From Okamejei kenojei (taxonomy: Eukaryota), in the NCBI GenBank assembly GCA_035221665.1, contig CM069137.1, positions 76,942,001 to 77,006,000 on the forward strand: a stretch of DNA of 64,000 bases, given 5' to 3'. The first letter of the stretch is position 1, and each line of letters opens with the position of its first letter. Shown one piece after another: positions 24,301 to 36,300 of this stretch. Made by a program: the position numbers and the translations under genes. The notes under the pieces are model-generated. The model ran no database searches, had not been told where the DNA came from, and saw only the letters and a program-made list of their open reading frames with translations.

Positions 24301-27300
24301 TTTTTCTTTTAAGGATGATGTTTGGGTATGTGTCATAGTTGGAGAAAGGCATTCAACTTCCCTTTCATGTTGTTTCTGATCAATTTTAGTTGCATTAATC
24401 ACTGTTGGCTCTCTGAATGCTGATTGATCAGATATTATTTGGTCACTTTCTAGTTTCTCTGTTGAATCTTCTTTGTGAGTACTGGCAAATCTTTCAAGAG
24501 TTTTCATATGGTCTTCCTTAAATTCAAGGTTCCAAGGAGAATCTCTTCTAAACACCGATGAAACTAAAGTCTCTTTTTCCTCTGATAAAGGCGAAGCCTT
24601 CATCATCCATGTGGAATTCAGAACTTTTGTTTCAGATTGTGATTCTTTTTGTCTGATTTCATCTTCATAAATCTCCTCAGCATCCTTTGCTTTTAAGGAC
24701 TGAAAGTACATTTTGTTATTGTTGTCAAGTTTCTCTGGTAAAACCTTCTTTTGTGCTTGGAACAACATTCCACATTGCTTTATATAATCTGCCTTGTGGT
24801 CTTCTGTAGGTTCAGATGTACTTAAAGAGCTTGGCGCGTCATTTCTATCAGGTGAAAATGGGTGGATTGTGCTATTAATCTGTTTTTTATATTGTGGTTC
24901 TTTCTGGTTCTGATTGATATTAGAAATTTTAATCACCTCAACAGATGTGCAAAGATTAGATGCTTCAAGGACTTCGTCAGATTTTTCAGCAACAAGGTTC
25001 CTCATACTAACAATACCACCAGCAAATTGGTCAGGAGGTGTCTTTGTACCTTCATTAACCTCTGATATATGTCGAGATTCTCTCATTTCGCCCACAGTTT
25101 CCTTTAGGTATGAACTAACAGTTTGGTAAGCATCATTGTTCTCTGATACAGAAGGTGCCAAACTTAAAATAGGATCTTTAACCTTGCCTTCACACTGTTC
25201 ATTTTGCCTGATTTCAGAAACACCAATCACATTAATTTGTTTTACTGCTAACTTGGATTGAACAGCCATTTGGATTTCATGACTCTCTTCAGATTTTGTT
25301 ACTGGATAATCCGATTCCACATAAATAAAATGTCCATAGCTTCTTTCAGATGCTGGTTCATCGTTTTTATGAACCTCAGATTCCTTTGGAGGTTTCTTTA
25401 TTCCCACTTTAAGTTGTTTTAGCACTGGGCTAAAAAAGGCTGATGCTTCTCTTTTCTTTGCTGTCAAAGGCAAATGCCTCATGACATGGACAGAATCTAT
25501 AATTTCTTTATCATATTGGCTTTCTTTCTGATTGATTTTGAGCACATCAATCATCTCTGATGGAGAATGATCAGGTATTCCATGAACAACTCCTGTTTTT
25601 TTGGGTTAGTAAATTATTTTGTTTGCCAGCGTGTCTTATAGATGTTTCATTTTTTACCTTTGTAGGTTTATTTGGAATATGTTTTATATCTTCTTGTGTG
25701 TTTTTAATTAAAGAACTAGTGAAACTTGATATTTCTTTTTTCTCTGGTAATGTAGAGGGTAATATTGTTTGGGAATCATCTTTAATTTTGCCTTCAGATT
25801 GCACCACTTTTTCATTTATGTTAATTACACTTATTGCCTCATTTTCTTTGGATGCCAAATTGGTTTGATCAACAGTTCTGCAATCAGATCCAGGCATCTG
25901 TTTTTGAAAGATATTTCTAGGTAACTTGTCAGAACTAATAACACTGTCTTTTTTTGCTTCACATTTACCCAAGGTTTTGTTTATTTCTACTGCATTACAA
26001 TCCAAAGGTGGGCTGACAGGAACTGAGATGGTTTTTTTCTGGTAATAAAGAAGGAATCAACTTTTGTGAGCACTCTCCCATTATGTCTTCCTTTTCAGTG
26101 AAACTAGATTCATATTTTTCTGTTGCTCTGAAGTGGTCAGACATTAAATGACTGCTTCTAGTTTTCCTTGCAAGTGAGTTTTGCACACTTTGATCAGAAA
26201 ATATGTCATTATTTTTATTGAACTTGTATTTATTTTGAGGTTCTTTTATCTCCACCAGAGTTTGCTTTACTGGTGTTAGAAACTCTTTTTCCTTCAATAA
26301 AATGTCTGTACACTCAACTGTATCTGAAAACTGTTTAAGTACCTCAGTTTCTCTGTCTGCTTTAGTTTTTCTGGTTCCAGGTATGAAATAATCCAACGTC
26401 TCCCCAGAAACTTCTGATTGGAAATCTCTCTGCACACTAATAATTTTTCCAAATAGTTGGTCTGAAGGTATATGTAGTTCCTCACAAAGTTCACTCTTTG
26501 CTTCTTTTCTTATGTTATATTCTTTCTGAAAACTACGTTTACCAGATTCCTGTGCTTCCAAACAATATTGATCCTCAAGCGACTCTTCTGTCTCTTGGGA
26601 TGAATCACCTTTCAATATTTGCTCTTTTAATGACTTTAGGACTTCTGTTCTGGAAGATTCTTCAATTATATTTTCTTCAAGGACATTTTTTAATTCTGTT
26701 TCCAGTGAAGGAAGCCCTACTATCCGTTCCATCTGTTGTTGTCGTTCAAGAGGCCCTTTCCGAAAATAATCACCTGGAGACTCTGTCTGTTCGTACATAA
26801 AATTACATTTACTATCTGCATGGTTCATGTAGTCAAGATCTCCCATACTTCTGCTACGCTCTCTGTCTAAATAAACATGACTGTATTTTTGATTGTTTTC
26901 AGTTGATGTATCTAGGTCAAATGAAGCTTCGGAGAGTGCAAGAGAAAATCTCTTTTTTCTTTTAGCTTCACGTAAAAGATGCAGTTTAATCTTAATATCT
27001 TCATCGATCAAGCTATCTTTGTTGAGAATTGTCCCACATAATCTAGGTGAATATATTACTGCAGACTTATTAATAGCAGGATCATCATATTTAGTTGCTG
27101 TGAATGTACTTTCAATATACATTGTACGCAACAGTCTACTTCTAGAATTTGACTTATTTTGCAAAGCTCCTTGAAACTCAAACTTTTTCTCAAAAGGAGA
27201 CCCAACATGCCTAAGATCAACTTTAAGTCTTGCGTTCCGATTTTTAACCAAAGTGTCCACGCTTTGGTGAGCCATCACTGATCTTTTCACAAAATTTAGA

Positions 27301-30300
27301 TAGTTTTCATTTTGCTCCTCTTTAAGTGCAACAAGTAAAGATGCAGTTGATTCTGCTGATCCTTCGGTATTTATTGCAAATATCTTGTAGCTCCCGGAAT
27401 CCTTCTCTTCTACATTATTGATTTCCAAACTGGAGCTATGAATGTGCATTGTGCTTTCTGTTTTAATAACCTTTCTTGAATCTTTACGAATAGGTCTGTT
27501 GTTATGAAACCATGCAACGTTTGGTGCTGGGCTGGCAACCATTTTGCATTTAAAAGCAGTTTGCTCTCCTTCCATTACAGATTTGAATTTCAGCTTTTCT
27601 GTAAAAGATGGCCTGAAATTTTCAGGCCAAGAACCTACAGAAGATGTTCTACTTGCACAACGTTTAGCAGAAACTAGACCTTGATCTAAATAATCTTCAG
27701 CATCAGAAAATGCATCCCGCAGGTTTTCTCTGTTTTCCAAACGTTCTCTCCCATCATCAAGTAATAACTCTGTAGAAAAAAGAAGAATCAATTGAATGGT
27801 TTCTTAGAAATCAGTTAAAATATTAAGAATTAAATGTAATACAAATCTGAAACATGAAATTACAAACTTTATGCATTAGCATTTTTTACAATTACTATAA
27901 AAAATTCACTCACCATATTTGTTCGAATAAACGCAAGACCATTTTCTGTTTAAAAGTTTCTGAGCAGGAAAAATCGCTCGTTCTTTGTTCTTTCTTCAGA
28001 CTGTAGCAATTTCTTGTCAAAAATCATATTAGAATGTGTATTTCGAAAAAAGCATAAAGTGATCTCATGACAGAATAGAATTTTATTTTAAGTAAAATCT
28101 GTCTCTGTAATGAGTTGGGGACATCTAGATTATTACAAATTCTTACCTGACTTGCAAACAGCAGAATAAACGCCTTTCTGCTCCTTTTGGTAGTAGATAA
28201 ATTTTTCAGCCAGTTTGATGAGCATAGATTTGAATTTGAATACAGATAGAGATAAATTCTTCATAATTTATCATACATTGCATGAGAAGGCGTTTATTCG
28301 AACTAATACAGGTGCTAGATTAACAGTGTTATGTAAAGAAAAAGCCAACATACATAAATATACTACTATCTGCAAGTCAATGTAAGTACGATTCGATTGA
28401 TGTCATGTAAATATAAGAAAATAAATGCAAAAATGTATAATATTCTAATCAACTATTAGTTAGTAAAATATTGCTTGCAATGTCTTAATGTATAAGATGT
28501 AATTCTTAGTGTTAAGCTCATCAGAAACTCTGAAGAACAGAACTCTGATGAAACTACAGAACCAAGGAAATAAAATATTAATATGTACGATTTTGGGATT
28601 TAAGCACTAAACATTAAGCACAGCCCATTCAAGTACTTTTCATTGTATCCTTCATATTCATGTATACCCACATACACCCCAAGTTGTATATCAATTTTAA
28701 TAATAAGCAAATCTGTACTGAAATTCAGTTTGATTATGAGCAATTAACAATGGGAAGAAGTAAAGTTGCCTGTAAAATAAATAAATGTAAAGGATTTTTA
28801 TATCAAAATGAGAATGACAATTTGATGACAAATCACATTAACACATGCAATTTCATAATGTTTCCTAATGTAGCACGTTATCGAGATGAGAACAAAGCAG
28901 ATCGGTCAGAGGATTTTAAATGGTATCTCGCAAATTTATCAAATAATAAAAACATTACCTCTCACTTCCATTTCAATCTGTTGTTCAATTTTGTCTTGAA
29001 TCTTTCTTTCTGCAGTAAATTAAAACAAATAAAATTGAGTATAATTTCAGAAGTGCAACCAACATTGGTTTTCCAATTTGTAAATAAAAGTGCAAAAAAG
29101 AAAAATGAACTATGAAATATGCAAAACCATACAATCATACATGCAAAATAGCAGAGGTATATCCGTTGATTGCAGCTTTCAAAATGTATCACCAAACAAC
29201 TGGTTGATTGAATCACAAAGCTAATTCAGACAACCCAGGATTTTGTAAACAAAAATCTGTTTTGCTCTGTAACAAAACATTAAACATGCCTCACATGCCT
29301 AATCCATTTTAATGTAAAAAGGAGTGCAATAATCCACAGCGAAACAAGATGACTTCGCAAAGATTCTTTCCATGACTGTGCTGAGATGCATGATAGAGTC
29401 ACATGGGGAAGGATCAAAGCATGCAATTGCCAACCTGTCACACTAAGTAGAGTGTTGCACGCTGTTTCTCCTGCAGAATTAACCGCTTTGCATGTATAAG
29501 CACCACTGTGACTCTGGCTGACTTTCAGTAACTTTAAACTGCATAGCAACCCATCATGTTTTATGGAACACATTGAAGATTCTTCAACTATGCGTTGGTT
29601 GCACAGCCAAAGTACACAAGGCGATGGTAGACCCTTTACAATGCAAAACAGCAAAACATCTTCTCCATCTTCTACAATGATTTCTGGAGGCAACTTTTCT
29701 AAGAATGCTGGTGCAATCGCTCCAATGTCTATTAATTCATCACTGGGCACCACATCAGGATAGTAGTCTCGGCTTCTTTGCTTTTCTGTTCTTGTTGGTC
29801 GTTTGGTTGAAGTAGGTGGTGAGCTTGATTGTTTCTTTAGAACTTCTGATTTGCTATTAGATGTGATATGAGGCCTTTGTTCAATTTTAGAGATATCTGA
29901 ACTGCTATCAGTGGGAATTTTAGCACCTGTTTGGGGTTTTGTTTCTTCAGCTATGCAAGAATAAAATTAGGATAAATGTTAAGTGATTTAGCAATTTCAG
30001 CAAAGTAAATACTTGAAAAATATAAAACAGCCCGAAATAATGTGTTCAATAATTCATGCAGACTAGTGTGATGAAATGTCTAGTGTTAAAGTTTGTATAA
30101 ATCACTAGCTAACATCTTAAAAACATATTACTGTTAATAGGTAAATTCAGGATCTTCTTAAATAGATACTAAATTAATTTTGGGTAAGAAACAATGAAGT
30201 GGATGAATCAGGATGCTGTCTTTAAATAAAATTATAAACAACCACCTTCGACTGTAAGTACGGCAGTAGTCTTCATTTCTCCACCTTGATTTCTTGCAGT

Positions 30301-33300
30301 ACAGTTATACTGTCCCTGATCTTCTATGTGCACATTGAGGATGGTGAGAGACATAACATTTCCATTTCGAGATATCTTCAGTCTTCCTGATTCTTCCAAT
30401 CTTCTGTTTCTGTGACTCCATATAATCTCTGAAAAAGTTTCTTCATTAAAAGAACAGATGAACTGTGCCATCTGACCAGCTTTGACTCTGAGATCACTAA
30501 GTTCAAGTAGAATTGCAGGGACTTCAAGGCCTGGTTTGGCTGCAGCAATAGTTACTTTTGCTTTACATTTCGCCTCACCATGAGGATTCACAGCTTTGCA
30601 GTTATAAACTCCGGTATCCTCTTCATTCATGTTTTGTATAATTATCTCAGACGAAGTTAAAGCTTCAGCTTCTGTTATAGTTACAATTTTTATTCTTTCA
30701 GCTTCCACAACTTCTTGGTCTTCTTTGTACCATGTTATTTCAGGTTTTGGGATTGCTAGAATTTGACATTTTAGAGATGTTGTTTCACCTAACATAACTG
30801 TGATGTTTTCCATATCTTGAAGGAACTTTGGTGCAACTTGAGAGCCACTTCTGATTGCTTCAGTCTTGCTAACTTTTTGAGATTCTCCCCAGCTTTCAGA
30901 AGAAACTGTCTTGGTGGATGAAGTCATGGAGATACTTTCAAACATCTGAACATTGTACGAATGTTCTTGTTGTAAACTCATTTCCTCTGTATAGTTCTTT
31001 GTATGCTTTAAGGTCATAGGACACTCCATATGCATTTCTGATACTTCAAAAGTCTTTGAAGAGATGGATTCCGCTACAGCTTTTCCAGAAGTTATGCTCT
31101 GACTATCTATGCTTTGCACTTTGTAATCTGAGTAACAAAAGACAAAATATTAATCATGATATTAAATCATGACTGACAAATTAAAGAAAGCAATAGTTTA
31201 TGTTGTCCAACGGTCAACCCAGCATGCTGGCCACATGCTTAAGAAGTGCAATTCACTTGATGAAGAATATACCCATGTTCTCTTCCTCAAATAGCATCTG
31301 CAAATTCTTTGGAAGAAAACGGCATTCATTTGGACAAAATGATGATTTAGTTCTTCTCTTGCAAATATCCAAGATGCAGATGAATTAATGCGTCAATGTA
31401 TCAAGATGAAAGGCTTTCATACTGGTGCATTAAAGTCGTCAGGGTTTTGAATAATGAGGTGACATGGTATGAAATTGAAAGCTAATGGAAATAATCAAAT
31501 GTACTCTTGAAGATACTATCTTTTCAAGAATAAATATTGACCTCATATACTATGTATGTATATTGTCCAGAATCTTCTACACTTTGCAAAAATTGCTAAG
31601 CCAATAATTTTAATGTAAACATTGTTCTGAGAATTATCAAAATAAAGTACTAGGTCTTCTCTTGGCTCTATCATATGTCCATCATGATATCATTACGCTT
31701 TGATTTGGGAAGTATAGTCACTTTTGTCGCTGCCCCATACTGTATTTGCCTACTCAAAATAAACTCCGTAAAGATGGACCTCTGGGCAGAGGATGCATCT
31801 TAAGGGAAACAAAATAGGACATATGTCACCAAGTCTTTGTTCTAATTTCTTCAACCTTTTTATATCTTGCAGAGGAAATCTACCTCAACTTGTTTGACAG
31901 GTGTTAATCATAGAGCCAAAATACCAACTTGAAAAAATGTCCGGCTCTGTATGCTCAAGTTATTTTAGCTGCATTTGAAATGGACTAATTTCAGTCTTTG
32001 ATATTTCAGTCTTTAATAATCTTAAAACTTAAACTAGTGCAAGAGGAGACCTAGTTTTAACTCAAGAAAATTCAAACAAAATGATTTTGAAATGTTTTAT
32101 TGCTGTATATATTTACAGTTATAACATATTAAGTTGTTTCAACAAAAAAAAAATCTGCATTTGAAAACGGTATAGTCATGTTATAGTGGAATTCCAGTGT
32201 GCACAGCAGCTGGTCTCTGTTTACCTTAGAGGTGGACGGAAGAACTGTCCATGAGATGTACTACAGAAGTGGAAGCAATGTGGCTGGGTGAGTTGTTGAT
32301 GAAGTCTATGCAGTGCCCTCCATGATGTTTGGGACAAAGACCCATCATTTATTTATTTCCCTCTGTACCCCACAATTTGAGATTTGTAATAGAAAAAAAT
32401 CACACGTGTTAAAGTGCACGTTGTCAGATTTTATTAAAGGCCATTTTTATACTTTTTGGTTTCACCATGTAGAAATTACAACTGGGTTTATACATAGTCC
32501 CCCAATTTCAGGGACACATGGCTTCACAGGCATTTGTAATTGCTCAGGTGTGTTTAATTTAGTGTTATATAATGAACCGGATTTGATAAAGGACCTTGAG
32601 GTTAATGAGCCATTAGGAGGCAGTGACCATAACATGGTCAGGTTTCATCTACAATTGGAGAGGGAGAAGAGTAGATCAGAGGTGTCAGTGTTGTAGTTGA
32701 ATAGAGGGGCCATGAGGGAGGAGCTGGCCAAAGTCGACTGGAAAGATACACTAGCAGGGGATGACAGTGGAACAAAAATGGCAGGTGTTTCTAGGAATAA
32801 TACAGAAGGTACAGGATCAGTTCATTCCTCGGAGGAAGAAAGATTCCAAGGGGAGAAAGGGACGACCATGGCTGACAAGGGACGTCAGGGACAGTATAAA
32901 AATTAAAGCGAAGAAATACAACGTAGCAAAGATGAGCGGGAAGCAAGAAGATTGGGTAATGTTTAAAGAACAACAGAAGATAACTAAAAAGACAATACGG
33001 GGAGAAAAGATGAGGTACGAAGGTAAGCTACCCAAGAATATAAAACAGGATGGTAAAAGCTTCTTTAGGTATGTGAAGAGGAAAAACTTAGTTAAGACCA
33101 AAGTTGGACCCTTGATGACCGAAAAAGGTGAATTTATTATGGGGAACAAGGAAATGGCAGATGAGTTGAACAGGTACTTTGGATCTGTCTTCACTAAGCT
33201 GGACACAAATAATCTTCCTGATATAGTAGTGGCCAGAGGATTTGGGGTGACAGAGGAACTGAAGGAAATCCACATTAGGCAGGAAATGGTGTTAGATAGA

Positions 33301-36300
33301 CTGATGGGACTGAAGGCTGATAAATCCTCAGGGCCTGATGGTCTGCATCCCAGGGTACTTAAGAAAGTGGCTTTAGAAATCGTGGATGCATTGGTATTAA
33401 TTTTGCAATGTTCTGTAGACTCAGGATCAGTTCCTGTGGATTGGAGGGTAGCTAATGTTATCCCACTTTTTAAGAAAGGCGGGAGAGAGAAAACGGGGAA
33501 TTATCGACCAGTGACATTGGTGGTGGGGAAGCTGCTGCAGACAATTATAAAAGATGAGATAGCCGAACATTTGGATAGCAATAACATGATCGGTCCGAGT
33601 CAGCATGGATTTACGAAGGGGAAATCATGACTAATCTTCTGGAATTTTTTGAGGATGTAACCAGGATAATAGACAAGGGAGAGCCAGTAGGTATAGTGTA
33701 CCTGGACTTTCAGAAAGCATTTGATAAGGTCCCACATAGGAGATTAGTGGGCAAAATTAGGGCACATGGTATTGGGGGTAGAGTGCTGACATGGATAGAG
33801 AAGTGGTTGGCAGACAGGAAACAAAGAGTAGGGATTAACGGGTCCCTTTCAGAATGGCAGTCAGTGACTAGTGGGGTACCGCAAGGCTCAGCGCTGGGAC
33901 CGCAGCTATTTACAATATACATCAATGATTTGAATGAAGGGATTGAAAGTAACATTAGCTAAGTTGCAGATGACACAAAGCTGGGTGGCAGTGTGAACTG
34001 TGAAGAGGATGCTATGAGAATGCAGGGTGACTTGGACAGATTGGGGAAGTGGGCAGTTGCATGGCAGATGAAGTTTAATGCGGATAAATGTGAGGTTATC
34101 CACTTTGGTAGCAAAAACAGGAAGGCAGATTACTATCTAAATGGTGTCAAGTTGGGAAAAGGGGAAGTACAATGCGATCTGGGGGTCCTTGTACATCAGT
34201 CTATGAAAGTAAGCATGCAGGTACAGCAGGCAAAGAAGAAAGCGAATGGCATGTTGGCCTTTATAACAAGAGGAAACGAATATAGGAGCAAAGAGGTCCT
34301 TCTTCAGTTGTACAGAGCCCGAGTGAGATCACACCTGGAGTATTGTGTGCAGTTTTGGCCCCCTAATTTGAGGAAGGACATTCTTGCTATTGAGGGAGTA
34401 CAGCGTATGTTTACAAGGTTAATTCCCGGGATGGCGGGACTGTCATATGCTGAGAGATTGGAATGGCTGAGCTTGTACACTCTGGAGTTTAGAAGAATGA
34501 GAGGAGTTCTCATTGAAACATATAAGATTATTAAGGGCTTGGACACGCTAGAGGCAGGAAACATGTTACTGATGTTGGGGGAGTCCAGAACCAGGGGAGT
34601 CCAGAACCAGGGGCCACAGTTTAAGAATAAGGAGTAAGCCCTTTGGAACGGAGACAAGGAAACACTTTTTCTCACAGGGTGTGGTGAGTCTGTGGAATCC
34701 TCTGCCTCGGAGGGCGGTGGGGACAGGTTCTCTGGATGCTTTGAAGAGAGATCTAGATAGGGTTCTTACAAATAGCGGAGTCAGGGGATATGGGGAGAAG
34801 GCAGGACAGGGTACTGATTGGGGATGATCAGCCATGATCACATTGAATGGCCGTGCTGGCTCAAAGGGCCGAATGGCCTACTCCTGCACCTATTGTCTAT
34901 TATCTATTATATAATTGCCTCCTTAATGCAGGTGTAAGACAGTTCTCAGCACCTAGTCTTTCTTCCAGTCTTTCCATCACCTTTGGAAACTTTTATTGCT
35001 GTTTATCAACATGAGGACCAAAGTCAAAGAAGCCATTATGAGACTGAGAAACAAGAATAAAACTGTTATAGAGACAACAGCAAACATTAGGCTTACCAAA
35101 ATCAACAGTTTGGAACATAATTTAAAAAAAAGAGAGCACTGGTGTGCTTACTAATCACAAAGGGACTGGCAGGCCGAGGAAGACCTCCACAGCTGATGAC
35201 AGAAGAATTCTCTCTATAATAAAGAAAAATCCCCAAACACCTGTCCGACAGATCAGAAACAGTCTTCAGGAGTCAGGTGTGGATTTGTCAATGGCCATTG
35301 TCAAGACAACGATCCCATACATACTGCTAAAGCAACAAAGGTGTTTTTCAAAGTTAAAAAATGGTCAATTCTTGAGTGGCCAGGTCAATCACCCGATCTG
35401 AACCCAATACAGCATGCCTTTTATATGCTGGAGAAAACTGAAGGGGACTAGCCCCCAAAACAAGCATAAGCTAAAGATGGCTGCAATACAGTCCTGGCAG
35501 AGCATCACCAGAGAAGACTCCCAACAACTGGTGATGTCCTTGAATCACAGACTTCAAGCAGTCATTGCATGCAAAGGATATGCAACAAAATACTAAACAT
35601 GACTACTTTCATTTACATAACATTGTTGTATCCCAAACATTATGGTGCCCTAAAGTGGGTGGACTATGTATAAACACAGCTGTAATTTCTACATGGTGAA
35701 ACCAAATTGTATAAAAATGGCTTTTATTAACATCTGACAATGTGCACTTTAACCACATGTGATTTTGTTTTTCTATTACAAATCTCAAATTGTGGAGTAC
35801 AGAGGCATATAAATAAATGATGGCACTTTTTCCCAAACATTATGGAGGGCGCTGTAACTGATGAAAAAGCTTCAGGAAATGGTAGGTACTAAAATAAGGT
35901 AGAATGGTGTTCAGCAAAACAAGCACAAAATACACATGCTTTCACAAATGAACACTGTTGCTGGCCAATTGTGCTGATGTAGAAATGAATGCCGCAGGCA
36001 ATGATAAAAAACATTATTAAATTAAGAAAACAACCGCAAGCAGGAAAGTGCTTCAAAATTCACATCAGCAAAACAGAAATGTGAATAACATAAGAAGTAG
36101 CAAATATAAGCGAAATTTTTGATTACCTTCCAGTTTTAATTCAGCAGTGCATGACACCTGTCCAGCAGAGTTGGATGCAACACATGTATATGTTCCTTCA
36201 TCCTCCGGGTAGGCTTCAGCAATTTCCAATTGGTAAGTGTCTTCAAACTGAACCATCTTGAAGAATCTTGATTGCTTGATCTCCTTGTGTTTACTGTACC

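Noticed and set aside
27914-28000. 87-nt coding micro-exon before Novex-3
   Set aside because: Open only in phase 2, while its neighbours are phase 1. Kept only as a possible decoy donor.
34577-34613. Short tandem duplication GGGGAGTCCAGAACCAG in CR1
   Set aside because: Neutral post-insertion mutation in a dead element.
32224-35889. Possible titin exon disrupted by the Tc1 (acceptor-like TTTTAG near 35890, donor-like AAG|GTAAAC near 32224)
   Set aside because: After excising the element, the phase-1 frame hits TGA after five codons and no Ig-like peptide appears.
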